Source: Picochlorum sp. SENEW3
Lineage: Eukaryota
Direction of reading: 5' to 3'
DNA: 64,000 bases
Assembly: GCA_034226945.1 (NCBI GenBank)
Contig: CP120455.1
Coordinates: 248,001 to 312,000, forward strand
The notes under the pieces were generated by a model. The model did not search any database and was not told where the DNA came from. It saw only the letters and a program-made list of their open reading frames with translations. The translations under genes and the position numbers were made by a program. Numbering within the stretch: the stretch's first letter is position 1; each line of letters opens with the position of its first letter. Shown here piece by piece: positions 23,400 through 36,309 of the stretch.

Positions 23400-24437
23400 A
23401 TGTTTTCCCGGGGAGGGCGATTTGAGAGTTTTATCCGACTCGGAGGACATATATACAACGCAGTGTATCAGCGATTGTTTTGGAGGAGACCTGTTGGAAG
23501 AAACTTGGGAGTATCAGTGCCCCTTGGGTTCAAACGAAGAAACCACCTACATAGCTCAAGACTGATCGATCAGAGGCGAGGTGTCTCTTTTACACGCGTG
23601 CGTACCACTTGTGAGTATACATCATCTCCCATTCCCACGGAAAAGAAGAAAAAGGTGAGCATGAAAAAGGTGGTTGAGAAACCTGTCTCCATCAATGTCA
23701 GGACACATGAGGCGACACTGCGGCCAAAAGCGTTAGAAATAGCAAAAAGGCTCAATGTATTGTATCCAAATCCACCCATACCATTACATCACGGGTCTGG
23801 CTTCCAGCTCCTGTGTGCTGTGGTGTTGTCAGCACAGACCACAGATATCAAGGTGAACGAGGTCACCCCAGCGCTATTTGCGATAGGACCAGACGCGGAG
23901 TCGATGTCGAAATGTGATGTCAAAGATATTCAAAATATTATTGCAACGCTTGGGCTTGCGCCCACAAAGGCAAAGAATCTCAAAGCTCTCTCCATCCAGC
24001 TCATGGAGGAACATGATGGCATTGTGCCCAAAACATACGAAGAATTGGAAGCATTGCCTGGAGTAGGACATAAAACTGCTAGTGTAGTCATGTCACAAGT
24101 ACATGGTGAGCCGGCATTCCCGGTCGATACACACATTCACAGACTGGCGCAGCGCTGGGGACTCACAGATGGATCTTCCGTGGAGCAGACAGAAGCCGAT
24201 CTCAAGTACTTGTTCCCCAAAGAGTCATGGAATAGCCTTCATCTACAAATCATTTATTTTGGAAGGGAGCTGTGCCCTGCGAGGAGTCATGATCCGAATA
24301 CATGCCCAATCTGTTCATGGGCTGCTGTGCATCCTTACAATAAAGTGTCATCATCGAATACAACCAATAGTGGAGGTAGGAAGAGAACCCAACAGAAACA
24401 GAAAGAACAAAACAATTCCAAGAAGAAAAAGAACTGA
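23400..24437 (+). CDS. NTH: Endonuclease III (HhH-GPD DNA glycosylase/AP lyase)
   Basis: 'LLCAVVLSAQTTD', HhH 'LPGVGHKTA', 'VDTHIHRL', Fe-S-like C-terminus with His at the second ligand position (C-x3-H-x4-C-x2-C). Confidence 0.9.
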   Translation: MFSRGGRFESFIRLGGHIYNAVYQRLFWRRPVGRNLGVSVPLGFKRRNHLHSSRLIDQRRGVSFTRVRTTCEYTSSPIPTEKKKKVSMKKVVEKPVSINVRTHEATLRPKALEIAKRLNVLYPNPPIPLHHGSGFQLLCAVVLSAQTTDIKVNEVTPALFAIGPDAESMSKCDVKDIQNIIATLGLAPTKAKNLKALSIQLMEEHDGIVPKTYEELEALPGVGHKTASVVMSQVHGEPAFPVDTHIHRLAQRWGLTDGSSVEQTEADLKYLFPKESWNSLHLQIIYFGRELCPARSHDPNTCPICSWAAVHPYNKVSSSNTTNSGGRKRTQQKQKEQNNSKKKKN

Positions 24438-24462
24438 TACGTGCTGTAGAATTCGTGTAATC

Positions 24463-25081
24463 ATGACGACATGTCATCCAATGTCTACGAAGTTGCACCT
24501 GGGCCACTCCAGGTTCCATCCTACTGTATACGCGCCACTAAGAAGGTGTAATTTAAAACCAGTACATAGAACAAGGGGTACGTGTATCGATTGAGGATGA
24601 AAAGGATCAAAGGATCGTTGACATTGACTGACATGTCCTACCACATGTAGCCAACCCTGAAGAGAGCCCTGAGGACGATCAGATTGGCGATTTGTTTAGA
24701 AAAGAATTAGAAAAGCGTAATATTTCAAGCTTGGAGGATATTAAAGACCCTCAGGCGACTGTCAGACCGAGTGTGTTGCCCCCACCTGCCTTTGCCTCAT
24801 CCAAGACTGAAGACGACCAATTGCAGCGATCTAGGAACTTGAACAGCGAAGGATTGGAAGGCCTTATACCACGAGCGAGCCAACTGCTCCAGTTGGGAGC
24901 ATCATTCGCCTTTGCGTTTGGCCCCTTTATTCTTTTTGTTTTGGTTGCCTTTGGTCTTGTCTACAGTGTGTTTGGTGATTTATTTGTGCACTCAGGATCT
25001 CCATCGGCCGGTGTACCCCAGTATATTGATCCTATGGAATTGCTTAGTGAACCCACGGTGGACCCTATGATTCCCATGTGA
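24463..25081 (+). CDS. Conserved green-lineage plastid/thylakoid membrane protein; exons 24463-24577, 24651-25081
   Basis: 'QRSRNLNSEGLEGLIPRA..LL..G..F...F.P...' and 'PQYIDP.ELL', which I recall from a plant thylakoid protein of unknown function; transit-peptide exon joins in frame through intron 24578-24650. Confidence 0.7.
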
Positions 25082-25231
25082 ATTGATCCATAGCATTGTG
25101 TATTCATCTAGGAGAGATGATTTCACTCTGGAGAGATGATCCAACAGATATTGGAAATCGACCCCAATGAAGCATTCAATTCATTTTAATTAATAGTAAT
25201 ACTGTATCATAGATATCACAGAATACGAAGG

Positions 25232-27657
25232 ATGGTGGAAACGACACAGGATGTGCCTTCTCATAAGGTGGATCACGTGCTTCACGATGCTCGGTTCCAA
25301 GGACCCTTTGATGCCACAGAATTTGCAAGTAAGGCTCTTTCAGATCGTAAGACATCACCTCAAGAGGAGATTGATCGACTGCAAGCTTCCATTGACGCTC
25401 TAGACCAACAAATCAAATCTCTTGCGCTGGACAACAAGGGTCTCTTATTAGAGCAAACGAATGCATTTAAAAGTTCAAGGCATGAATTTCAAAAGTTATT
25501 CTTGTCTGTTCGGTCGCTTCAGACAGTAGCAGCGAGGGTGAGGGCAGAAGTGTCCGAACCGTACGGCAAGCTGTCCTTGAAGACTGTTCAGTTGTCAAAT
25601 ATGTATCGTACGATTGATTTACTGAGAAAAACGACGACTCAGATCAAGTTGGTGCAGCGGATTCGTACTGAGATGGAGTCGGATACACTCGATTTGCTGG
25701 ATTTGTCGAAATTAGCAAGGCTGTTGTCTGAGGCACGGACGCTCCGTGAGGAGGTGGATTTGACCGGGATTCGTGTTTGCGAAGAGAATAATCAGTTTGT
25801 TGAAGAATCAAAACAGATAATACATCAGAAGTTGGTGTCATTGTTGCAATCTGGGGTGGATGCGAGGAGTCAGGTGGATATTGGAGGGGCATTGCAGGCA
25901 CTGTTTAACTTGCAAGAATTGAAGCCGTGTTTGGAGGAGCAGATAGAGAGGATGACTCAGAGAGTTAAAAAGTCGTTTATGAATGCTTTAGATGCGAAGA
26001 AATTGTCCAGTAAAGGAGTCCCGGCGTTTGGTCAGATGTCAACACAGGCAGGTCAGAAGGTCCTGTGGGAACAGGTGGGAAAGGCAATGGAGGATTTCAA
26101 AGAGTCGATTTTATCTGCATGGTATCTTCAGAAAGTGTTATTGATAAAGAAAGATCCTCTTTCGCACCAGAGATTCATTGATTTGGTTCAGGAGGATGGA
26201 GAGGCAGTGACTATGCCATTTGATACATTCTGGTACGTGTTTTCTTGTCTCATACTTATCTTTCATGATGTGGCGCCACGCTAATATGCATTGCATGTTG
26301 CAGGAATAGGTGTATTCAAGGCATACGAGATGTTATAGATGCAACCATGGGGTTGCGGAGTGGTATTGTGAAGGATGCTCTGTTGAGTGGATACCCTCGA
26401 CTGGCAGGCATGTTTGAGAGCACCCTTGGGGTTGTTCTGAAGGAGACGAATGAAGGACGAAGGACGACGTTATCCGAAGATAAAATTGAAAAGTATTACG
26501 ATGCGTTGTCAACGGTAGAGTCGGAGTATCTGCTTAATGTCCAGGCACGATTAGACAATATTGCCACAGCAGCCTTTCCTGGTGCAGGAAGCAGAGCATT
26601 GCCATCACAGGTGGACTTACAATCGCTTGCAGCGAGGTTCCATGAAGAAATTAAACAAGGCCAGCATGGGGGTGAAAGGCTGATGAATATGGCGACGGCG
26701 GTCATTGGGACAGTGCTGTTGACCATTTCATCTCAGGCAAGAGAAATGGGTGCAGACTCTGGGTTGTTGACGGCAAGCGGCCCGTGTAACGCAGGTCAAT
26801 CAAGAAATTTGGCAATAGGTAAATCTTTGGAGGATATATTCAAGACGATAGTGATTATCCAAGGGAGACTGCCCCCCAAAGCTGCAAAGGCATTGGAGGG
26901 TCCTGCAGATGTTGTACGGCAGTGTACACAAGAACTTTTGCAACCAATATTCAAATCACGAGCTGACCAATTTGAATCAGTGATAAAGAAGGTTCATTCA
27001 CTCAACTTTGGCGCTAAGGATGGATCGGAGTCCAATGTCGCAGAAGCATCATCCTACATTCAGGAACTTGACAGCAATTTGCATTCATTCCGCCAGGAAT
27101 TTCTATCGAAATGCTTGCTGACTCTAGGATCAACAGGAATACCGTCAGTGACTGAGTTGATGATTCACTCGCTCTGTGGCCGCCTGATATCCTGTTGGAT
27201 TGATCAAATTTGCCTTGTGAGACCAATAACCAATCCTGGGCGGTTGCAGATTGCCAAGGATGCAGCAGAGTTCGAGAGTGCTTTAGAGCATCACCTCATA
27301 TCGATCAGTAAGACAGGAAAAGGAGTTCTTTCGGGACCTATTTTGTCCCTCAAGGCGTTTAGAAGACTTTTGTTCATTGACGATATCACAACTCTGGAGT
27401 CCCAGCAAGCTTCCATCCTACAAGCACTCCCCAAGGTGGCCATTCTCCACCATCTCTTCTCCTCGTGTCCACCAACAATAGAGTCCCCGTATGCCAAAAA
27501 TAAGCTTACACCATTGCAATATTCCACGTGGGTTGAGGACCATTCTCAGCAGGAGGTGCTGCAGTGTATAGAATCCACACTAAGGGCTGGCAGTGCAAAA
27601 CTCGAGTCACAACCACCCGTTGTACAAATCATGTTGAACATATTATCATCGTTGTAA
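25232..27657 (+). CDS. COG5: Conserved oligomeric Golgi complex subunit 5; exons 25232-26232, 26304-27657
   Basis: 'FDATEFASKAL', 'WYLQKVL..KKDPLSH', 'GYPRL', 'LVRPITNPGRLQIAKDAAEFE', 'ESPY'; in-frame intron. Confidence 0.88.
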
Positions 27658-27735
27658 CATATGCCATATTACAAGAAAGAATCACAATATAGTGTAAAGA
27701 ATTCGTAACTTTCATTCATTGATTCACATCATCCG

Positions 27736-28235
27736 TTATGATTTTTGGAGCTGTTCCAACCTCTCAAACTCCTTTAGTATATCCTGCAATCTCATATACG
27801 CAGTACTCATACATCCACATATATATCTGCATCTCTCTGCATCGTTACTCTGACAAGCATCTCGAAATTCGATGCATATTTTTGTCATCTCAGAGGCTCC
27901 AAAACTAGCACTGCTACCTTTGAATTGATGCACGATCGCATCCAGGTGCTGAAAATCGATCCCATCCCCTTTCAGCATCTGCTGAATGCTGTTAATCTTA
28001 CTGGATGCATCCGAGTAATACAATCCAATAAGATCCTTTACAAAATCGGGATTGGAATCATCCTGCACACACACAGACATAAACCGTAACCCCACACGCC
28101 CAACCGCAGCGCTAAAACATCCTTTCATACCTGAAGATTGCGAAGCTGAATGAATTGATCGTCCAGAATCCCCTGTTCAACGGCGTGCTGTACCAAATTT
28201 TCAAGGTCTTGCCCAGCACGACCTGTATCCCCCAT
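27736..28235 (-). CDS. Histidine-containing phosphotransfer protein (AHP/HPt); exons 28235-28131, 28062-27736
   Basis: 'GILDDQFIQL..LQDDSNPDFV' and the phospho-acceptor motif 'VHQFKGSSASFGA'. Confidence 0.92.
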
Positions 28236-28611
28236 CCCTAGCGCGTATCAGTTTGTTTTAGAATATTAAATAGTTTATTAATTTTTTAAAGTTATATCTA
28301 CAGAAATCCAGGGCAGCTGCTGAGAGATACGACGCCTTTGTGTTATTTCCTGTCGTATCTAAACAGACTGTTACTCCCAGGCGATCTTGTATTCCAAGCA
28401 CTCTATCTATTTCAAATTATACGAGCTACTGGTTTAATGCCATAAAATACATACGCTAGAGGTCAGGACGATTGCGCGTTGTCATGAAGAGAGAAGAGCA
28501 GCCCGCCCAATGGGAAGATCTTCTCAAAAAAGATAAGATCGGATTCTTTTGATTCAAGTGGGGCTTGGTCAGGACTGTTGGCAAGTTACATGGCAAAACT
28601 CAATCACAAAA

Positions 28612-31587
28612 TTATGGTGCAATCTCTGCTGTATTAGGATATTCTTCAACCCTCTTACTTTCATCTCCGACACGTGAGATGACCAAGCATGAAGCATCAG
28701 CTCCACCCTCTGCAGACACTCTCACAGCATCACCTTCGCCAAAGTCACCCCGCAGGATTCCCTTGGCAAGGGCTGTCTCGAGTTCTTGCTGAACAACACG
28801 CTTCACAGGTCTAGCGCCAAATGCTGGATCATATCCACGTTCTGCAAGGTAATCCATGGCAGAGTCTTCAATGGTCATTGTCATCTTCTTCTCATTCAAT
28901 CGCTCTTGGACCCTGTTGGCCTGGAGGCGAACAATATTCTTGATCTGTTCCTTCTTGAGCCCTTGGAAGATGATGAACTCGTCGATTCTATTGATGAATT
29001 CTGGTCTAAAGTGCATGCGTACTTGGTCTGTGACCCTTTCTTTGACGGTGTCAGGGTTGGTTTCCATAGCCTCCAAGATGGATGCAGAGCCAATGTTTGA
29101 TGTGAGGATGATGACGGCGTTCTTAAAGTTCACGACTCGGCCCTGAGAATCTGTCACTCTTCCATCATCTAGAATCTGAAGCAAAATATTGAAAACGTCG
29201 CCATGCGCTTTTTCAATCTCATCAAAGAGGATGACAGCATAGGGTCTGCGGCGAACTGCTTCTGTAAGCTGACCACCCTCCTCATATCCTACATATCCAG
29301 GCGGTGCTCCGACAAGTCTACTAACAGTGTGTTTTTCCATATATTCCGACATATCAATTCTGATCATAGCTGCCTCAGTGTTGAACATATACTCTGCCAA
29401 TGTCTTGGCCAACTCTGTCTTACCCACACCAGTTGGGCCCAAGAACATGAAGGATGCAATGGGTCGATTAGGATCAGACAATCCTGCTCTTGATCTTTGA
29501 ATAGCATCTGACACTGCGTCAACGGCTTCGTCTTGTCCCACGACTCTTTGGTGAAGTTCATCGGCAAGATGCAACAGTTTCTCCCTATCAGATGCCATCA
29601 ATTTGGATACTGGGATTCCAGTCCATTTGGCAACAATCTCACCAATATCTGCTTCTGTCACTTCTGGATGAAGCATTCTCTTTTCTCCTCTCTCTGCACT
29701 GTTGAGCTCGCACTCGGCCTGCTCCAGTTCTTTCTGGAGCTCCAGCACAGTTCCATACTTTAATTCAGCAGCCCTGTTCAGATCATAATCCCTCTCTGCT
29801 TGCTGGATTTCGATATTCACGCGATCAATTTCTCCTCTTAATCGTTGCACTTTGGCCATATCCTCCCTTTCAGCTTCCCAACGTTCAGACAAGTCTGCCT
29901 GCTTTGCTTTTAATGACTCAATCTCAGAGTTGATGGAATCCAGCCTGCTAGCAGCCCCTCTATCAGTTGGAGCTGCCTTTTGAAGACTCAATTTTTCCAT
30001 TTCAAGCTGCACAACTCGCCTGTCAACTTCATCCAAAGCACTGGGCTTGGATGTCATCTCCATTTTAAGCTTTGCAGCAGCCTCATCCACCAAATCAATC
30101 GCCTTATCTGGCAGGAATCTGTCAGCAATATACCTATCACTAAGTGTTGCGGCTTCTACAAGAGCTGAATCAGTAATTTTGACACCATGATGCAGCTCAT
30201 ATCGCTCCCTCAATCCTCGAAGGATTGAAATTGTATCTGGAACAGACGGTTGATCGACAAACACCTGCTGGAAGCGCCTCTCCAATGCTGGATCTTTCTC
30301 AATATTTTCTCTAAACTCGTCCAGCGTTGTCGCTCCAATGCATCGAAGCTCGCCACGTGCAAGCATTGGTTTGAGCAAATTGCCTGCATCCATGGCTCCT
30401 TCTCCTTTACCAGCACCAACAATAGTGTGGATTTCATCAATAAAGAGCACCACCTGCCCTTGGCTGTCCTGAACTTCTTTAATAACCGATTTCAATCGTT
30501 CCTCAAATTCTCCACGATATTTCGCTCCGGCTATCAAGGCTCCAATATCCAAGGATACAAGGGACCGTCCTTGTAAAGAGGCTGGGACATCCCCTTGTAC
30601 AATACGCTGAGCCAGGCCCTCAGCAACAGCAGTTTTACCGACACCAGGCTCTCCAATAAGCACCGGGTTATTCTTTGTTCTTCTAGACAGAATTTGAATA
30701 CAGCGTCTGACTTCATCATCGCGGCCAATAACCGGATCTAGCTTACCATCCCGTGCAGCCTGAGTCAAATCACGACCATACTTGGACAGTGCCTCATACT
30801 TTCCCTCAGGATCTTGGTCCTGAACATTACGCCCACCACGAATCTCCATAATAACCTCCTCTAATTTACTCGCCGTCACCCCTTCCTCCTTGAACAAAGC
30901 ATCACCAAACCTAGCATCTTCCACCATGGCCATCACCAACTCTTCCACACTCACATACTCATCATTCCACTTTTTCTTCAACCGTTCAGCCTCTGTAATC
31001 AAATTTTCTAAACTCCGTCCTAAGACTTGTTCATAATTTCCGCTCACCTTTGGCTGCTTCTTCACAAATGCTTCCGTCTTGTCCAAAACACGCGTGGGAT
31101 TCAAACCAGCTTTTGACAAGATCCGGCGAGCCAAACCATTCGGCTGCTCCAACAACGCCTTGAACAAATGCTCTGTTTCAACAATCTGCTGACTGTTCGA
31201 TCGCGCAATCTCTGGCGCAGACACGATCGCCTCCCACGCTTTTTCTGTATAGTCATTCTGAGTAATCCTCTTTCCACTATTATTCCCACCCGACGCATAC
31301 GTTCGAAGCACCGTTCTACCTGGCAATGGCCTGATATCATATACCTTTGGCAATGCAAGACCCGCTCCATAAAGCTCATGCACAGGCCTCCTGCCAAAAT
31401 CACACAACCCCGCTGCTTGTGGAGCAAGCACTCGACACGTAGACAAATGCCGTGGCTTGCCCACAACCCCCCGAGATGCCCCTGCCGATACTACATTGTG
31501 ATTTTTAACTACATTTCTCACCATTAGAGACAGCCTGGATGAGGCTTGGCGTCCAATGGTGTTCATACTGCCACGTTGTAATTCCAT
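28612..31587 (-). CDS. CLPB3: Organellar (plastid-type) ClpB/Hsp100 disaggregase
   Basis: Transit peptide, N-domain, NBD1 ([14 protein letters not shown]), full M-domain coiled coil (RAAELKYG), NBD2 ([15 protein letters not shown]), GARP. Confidence 0.93.
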   Translation of the reverse strand: MELQRGSMNTIGRQASSRLSLMVRNVVKNHNVVSAGASRGVVGKPRHLSTCRVLAPQAAGLCDFGRRPVHELYGAGLALPKVYDIRPLPGRTVLRTYASGGNNSGKRITQNDYTEKAWEAIVSAPEIARSNSQQIVETEHLFKALLEQPNGLARRILSKAGLNPTRVLDKTEAFVKKQPKVSGNYEQVLGRSLENLITEAERLKKKWNDEYVSVEELVMAMVEDARFGDALFKEEGVTASKLEEVIMEIRGGRNVQDQDPEGKYEALSKYGRDLTQAARDGKLDPVIGRDDEVRRCIQILSRRTKNNPVLIGEPGVGKTAVAEGLAQRIVQGDVPASLQGRSLVSLDIGALIAGAKYRGEFEERLKSVIKEVQDSQGQVVLFIDEIHTIVGAGKGEGAMDAGNLLKPMLARGELRCIGATTLDEFRENIEKDPALERRFQQVFVDQPSVPDTISILRGLRERYELHHGVKITDSALVEAATLSDRYIADRFLPDKAIDLVDEAAAKLKMEMTSKPSALDEVDRRVVQLEMEKLSLQKAAPTDRGAASRLDSINSEIESLKAKQADLSERWEAEREDMAKVQRLRGEIDRVNIEIQQAERDYDLNRAAELKYGTVLELQKELEQAECELNSAERGEKRMLHPEVTEADIGEIVAKWTGIPVSKLMASDREKLLHLADELHQRVVGQDEAVDAVSDAIQRSRAGLSDPNRPIASFMFLGPTGVGKTELAKTLAEYMFNTEAAMIRIDMSEYMEKHTVSRLVGAPPGYVGYEEGGQLTEAVRRRPYAVILFDEIEKAHGDVFNILLQILDDGRVTDSQGRVVNFKNAVIILTSNIGSASILEAMETNPDTVKERVTDQVRMHFRPEFINRIDEFIIFQGLKKEQIKNIVRLQANRVQERLNEKKMTMTIEDSAMDYLAERGYDPAFGARPVKRVVQQELETALAKGILRGDFGEGDAVRVSAEGGADASCLVISRVGDESKRVEEYPNTAEIAP

Positions 31588-31877
31588 ACCCACTTCCGTG
31601 AGCGTCACTCTTGGTATCCGAATGCGGTCTATTCGTTCGTAAAATTATATAATTATAGTACTAAAATACCATAAAGAACGTCGTATAAAATAATAATTAT
31701 GTTTGGGTGCAAGATGAGATGGCCATTTTATACTTGCACGACACTCACCCACCTATCGAAGGTTCCAGAACAAGGTTCCAGAAGGTTCTCTCTCGACATC
31801 TCCTCCCTCCGTATCATACGACATGCCCCAGTTTCATTCATTCATTCATTCACGCCATCATCCTTCTACACGACGCA

Positions 31878-32726
31878 TCATGTCGATGGCCTTCTTCTCG
31901 TTCGAGGTTCCAAATCTGCCATGACTTCATCAAACGCTGTGACGATTCCCCCATCACCAGATCCCCGAGGACCATCATCATGATCTCCCACAGATATTTC
32001 CATATCATAATCTTCATTTGACTCATTGTGATATTCAACATACGCTCCTGGCTCAATCTCAATCCTAGGAACATGCTTTCTGGTTGTCAGCACCTGAGGT
32101 GCATGTGTACACCTCTCTTGACACCAGGCGAGCAGATGAATCAGTCTGGGAAGTCGAGACGTCCCCTGATCGGTCTCTGACGATAAAATTGCATCATTCA
32201 CCTGATCAGCTGTTTCTTTCCTGTACTCTTCGCCCGAAAGATATGACAGAGGGCCCTTCCTGGGATTGTCAAACAACAAGAGTGCCATTGCCGTCTCCAA
32301 CTCTTTCAGTAAGAATTCATTATCTTCCACTCTACCAGCGAGCTCTTGCTCAGCAAATTCTAATGCTTCTTCCGTCTTTCCTTGGACAACGAGCTCGATA
32401 AATTCTTGCTTTTTCAAGCGAAACAGCAGCGCTGGATTATCCTCTAACAATTCTGGATTCAGATCCACTACTTTATCAATTGCCTCGTCTGGACGCCCAT
32501 TTTCAATTGATTGTCGAATATTCGTCCTTATACGAGTCCCCTCTGGATTCAGCGTCATCGGAGTCCCAGTTTCGATATGAAATTGCTCTGCTGCCCTTGC
32601 ATGTCCCTGGGTGGTCAGGTAGTTCATGACCAAGGCATTCATCCAATCAGTGGGCGGCTTGACTGATTTCAAAGAAGAACTCCATGATTCTTTTGATAAA
32701 AGCTCGGATACCCGTTTGAGCTCCAT
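31878..32726 (-). CDS. GID8: GID8/TWA1 (LisH-CTLH-CRA) subunit of the GID/CTLH E3 ligase
   Basis: 'MNALVMNYL...G...AAE.F..ETG', 'LLFRLKKQEFIELV', 'ELETAMALLLF', 'ADQVNDAIL'. Confidence 0.88.
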   Translation of the reverse strand: MELKRVSELLSKESWSSSLKSVKPPTDWMNALVMNYLTTQGHARAAEQFHIETGTPMTLNPEGTRIRTNIRQSIENGRPDEAIDKVVDLNPELLEDNPALLFRLKKQEFIELVVQGKTEEALEFAEQELAGRVEDNEFLLKELETAMALLLFDNPRKGPLSYLSGEEYRKETADQVNDAILSSETDQGTSRLPRLIHLLAWCQERCTHAPQVLTTRKHVPRIEIEPGAYVEYHNESNEDYDMEISVGDHDDGPRGSGDGGIVTAFDEVMADLEPRTRRRPST

Positions 32727-33057
32727 CAGCGAGAACTATGCTTTGTTTGTAACTACTAGAAAGAATGAGCAATACCACCTGGTCTCTACTGAATACGGTT
32801 CTCGACCATGGGCCACAGAAGCTATTTCGTTGTCTATGGTGTACCTCTCAGTGTCCGCTTTTTTTTTTCCTAGAAGAGTACGTTCGAGAGAAGGCACGGG
32901 ATATGTCAATTCGATATTTGTAATGTTGCTTTTAAGGAAAGCGGACACTGGCAAGAATCCTACGTGTGTGCTCAACCCCCATGTTGTTGGCGTTTCCGCC
33001 GTTTATTCTTCAATTCTGAATAAATTGAAACGTTGTGAGACTGTTAAAGACGCCGCC

Positions 33058-33783
33058 ATGATTGGTGACGCAGGGTGTAGAGTCCTATTGCAGGTGTGTG
33101 CGGTTTAAAAGAAAACTGCTGCGTTTCTGTCATGAGATGAATCAGATGCGAGTGCCTGTTTATGAAACCATATATTTGACATAATGCAGGTGCTTGGGTA
33201 TGTGTATCCAGCATATCTGTGTTTCAAAGACGTCGAGGGTGGAGGGAAACCTGACAAGCTCAAGCTTTGGTGCAAGTACTGGTGCGTGTCATGTTTTTGT
33301 CATTCGCAAAGGATAGATGATGTGAGGTTATGTATATGTATGAATCGATGCAGGGTGATCATTGCGGCGTTTACTGCTGTGCAACCGATTGCTGACATGT
33401 TTCTCTTTTTTATTCCATTTTATTATTCCCTCAAACTGGCATTTGCGTGCTACTTGTGGGCAAATGATTTGGAGGGCACCAAATATGTGTATGAAAAATA
33501 TGCCAAGCCATATATTCATCTTTATGAGCCAACGGTGGATTCGAAAATTTCTCATTTCAAGCAGATTGTGTCAGATGTGGTGACGTCCAATGCATCCAGA
33601 GTTGTTCGATATGTGCAAGGGTTGCTCTTGAAGTCTCTGAGTCAGAATATGGATGGTCAGGGGCTGCGAGCTGAGACACAGGGGCAGGCTGCGCCTGCGG
33701 CTGGGTATGCAAACTCGGATAGCTTCAAGTCTGCATCCAGTGGGTCATCCTTCCTTCGTTCGTTTTCTGTAAAGGATGAGTAG
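33058..33783 (+). CDS. HVA22/REEP (TB2/DP1) family protein, 3 exons
   Basis: 'MIGD...RVLLQ|VLGYVYPAYLCFK', 'WCKYW', 'PFYYSLKLAFACYLW...GTKYVY'. Confidence 0.88.
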
Positions 33784-33897
33784 TAAACAGAGGACTGCCC
33801 AAATTGTGTTTGAACGTGATCCATTTTATTTTCTTGTTTAGTTCTTCATGTCAATGTATATAAATGTCAAAATAATAATAATAATGTGGGTTGCACG

Positions 33898-35790
33898 CTA
33901 TAATGCACAGTCATCATCGTAGGATCCCAGTATGGTGGGTCCTTGTTGGTTGCCTCCGACAATGCCTGGGGAGATTGTCGACATCACGGCGTTTGATCCC
34001 GTCTCGGAATTCGATATTGCCTTGACGACAGCCTCAGGGCTTGCGGCCTTGGCGCCTGCTTGCTGAGAGTTTTTCTGTGAGGCTGCCTTCTTTCCTGGTG
34101 TAGATGCAGAGGACGAGTTCCCATTTCTGTCTGGCTGTGATGACGACACCACCGATGCATTCACGTCGTCATTGACTTTCTTTGAAGACGTTCCTTCACC
34201 TGAGGAAGGTGGTTGTGAATCTCCTCCGTCCCCGGGAGGAGTAATATCCACTGCCTGTGGAAGGATTGGCACATCCACAATGGGTAAATCCACTTCCTGT
34301 GGAGACGCTTGAAGCATTTCCAGCTGCAGTCTATTTCGAGCTAATTGTGCACCATTCCTCTGAACGCAGTCAATAAAAGCAAGCAGCAAGTCTTGCTTGA
34401 CTGACATGAATGCATCTCTGTTTGCTGCTTCTACATAAAAGGAAATGTACATTCTACAGTGCTCCTTAGTCACACTATCAATGAAGACTCGACGGTGAAG
34501 TTTTTGAATAATCCTGTTATCCTGCCGTAAAATTTTCCTCGCATCTGACACGATATCCACCACGCGAGGTAAATCCTCCAACCTCAAATATAAAAACTCA
34601 TAAAATCTCCACTCTTTATTCTTTCTCGTGATGTTTAACACAACATTCCTCGTGAAAACTGAATTTGGAATGGTGAAAATTTCTCTCTCAAATGATCGAA
34701 TCGTCGTCCTATACCATCCAACGTCCAACACAATACCTTCCACCACCTGTGCACTGGTGGGTTTGAAGAGCACCTCATCACCAACCTCAAATGGGTTTGA
34801 TGTGAGTATAATCAGGCCTGTGAACAAGTTTTCCAGAATTTCTCGACCAGCCAAACCAAGAGCAACACCTCCAACTCCTCCAATCGCTAATACAGAGTTT
34901 ACATCCATACCCAGAGCTCTCACACCAAAAAATGATGCCACAACAAGAGTTGCAAGACTCATCAGTTTATCAATCGCCTCCAATCGACGTTGTCGAGTCA
35001 AATCCCCTTTCAATTCCAATTGCCACGAGCTCTCGCGCACGATTCGGCCTTTGATATTGAACACGACCCGCGCCGCAGCAGCCACAAACGTCAAGCAATT
35101 GGTTGACCTCACAAGTGTCTGCACAATACTCTTTGGAATATTAATCACCTGAGGCAACATATTCTCTGCCAACGTCGTCACCGCTGCAACCAAGAATAAA
35201 AACTCCAAAGGCTTGTACACCTCTTTCAGTACATAGTACTCTGGACTCTTCTCCCACGGCCCATCAGCATTGGTAGCACTCCTGACAAACTTGATTGCAG
35301 GTTCCAACCCATACTTGATGAACACAATGGCGGAAACAATGGTTCCCAGCTGGCGAATCGCAACCGTGCGCATCAACCTACTCACTGATTTGAACACAGC
35401 TCGCTGAAACTCGATATCTCCGGTGAAGTACAGCAACAGAGACACAAACAGTAGACCACCACACAAGACAACCAAAAAGGCAACGTAGTGGTGGGGTTGT
35501 AGCTGCTCCTCCAGGTTCTTCTGCTCCATATCTTCCTCAATTTCATTCCTTTCATTATTATTTCCAAGTGGATAGCCCGAAGCCGCCGTCGACTTCGACA
35601 CATGGCGTGTTCTGTTCGATCCACACGGTTGGGTCTCCCGAAACCTACAAACCGTTTCTGTATGGCCCCTCACCCGCCCAAAAAGTATTCTAGTATTTTT
35701 TAAAGGATTACTATAGCATCTATGACCAGGTTGTGGAGGTCCTACCGGGCAGGACACTGTACCCACACAAGAACGCCGAGCGACGTCCAT
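33898..35790 (-). CDS. Plastid MscS-like mechanosensitive channel (MSL2/3 type)
   Basis: 'LAIGGVGGVALGLAGREILENLFTGL...PFEVGD', 'GIVLDVGWYRT', 'IPNSVF...VLNITR'. Confidence 0.88.
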   Translation of the reverse strand: MDVARRSCVGTVSCPVGPPQPGHRCYSNPLKNTRILFGRVRGHTETVCRFRETQPCGSNRTRHVSKSTAASGYPLGNNNERNEIEEDMEQKNLEEQLQPHHYVAFLVVLCGGLLFVSLLLYFTGDIEFQRAVFKSVSRLMRTVAIRQLGTIVSAIVFIKYGLEPAIKFVRSATNADGPWEKSPEYYVLKEVYKPLEFLFLVAAVTTLAENMLPQVINIPKSIVQTLVRSTNCLTFVAAAARVVFNIKGRIVRESSWQLELKGDLTRQRRLEAIDKLMSLATLVVASFFGVRALGMDVNSVLAIGGVGGVALGLAGREILENLFTGLIILTSNPFEVGDEVLFKPTSAQVVEGIVLDVGWYRTTIRSFEREIFTIPNSVFTRNVVLNITRKNKEWRFYEFLYLRLEDLPRVVDIVSDARKILRQDNRIIQKLHRRVFIDSVTKEHCRMYISFYVEAANRDAFMSVKQDLLLAFIDCVQRNGAQLARNRLQLEMLQASPQEVDLPIVDVPILPQAVDITPPGDGGDSQPPSSGEGTSSKKVNDDVNASVVSSSQPDRNGNSSSASTPGKKAASQKNSQQAGAKAASPEAVVKAISNSETGSNAVMSTISPGIVGGNQQGPTILGSYDDDCAL

Positions 35791-36309
35791 AACGCCGTTG
35801 TTCTACAGTAGTATGAATCTCAGAGTCCTAAAAATATATCATAAACAAATACCTCGAGTGTATTACTTTTTTTACAACGGTGATGCGTTGTCTTTCGTGA
35901 TATTATGGAAGGATCCGGCGGGTGGATTTTTTTTACAACCACTGGCAGTGGTTCGAACCAAGACGAATTCTTCTGGCAGAAGACGAGACATGATTTCTCC
36001 CCTTCACACAAGGGTAATGCCTAGCAATGCAAGGGATTTTACACCTTGATTACAAGATTGATTGGTTGAAAATATGATCAGACGTGCATGCTGAAGAAAA
36101 ACAGAGAATGTATCATGCGAGAATAAAGAAAAGACCACTTGGTAACATTCAATGATTGACAGTGTGCTAGAAGTACCCGAGCAAGTGCACACATGTGTCG
36201 GGGAAATAACAATAAACCGTGCAGAGACACGCACTGGTGATAGTAGGGCGCATGCATAGAAATTTGCATATGTTGATCGAAATCCTTAGGCTTGATGGGG
36301 TTGGTAGCT

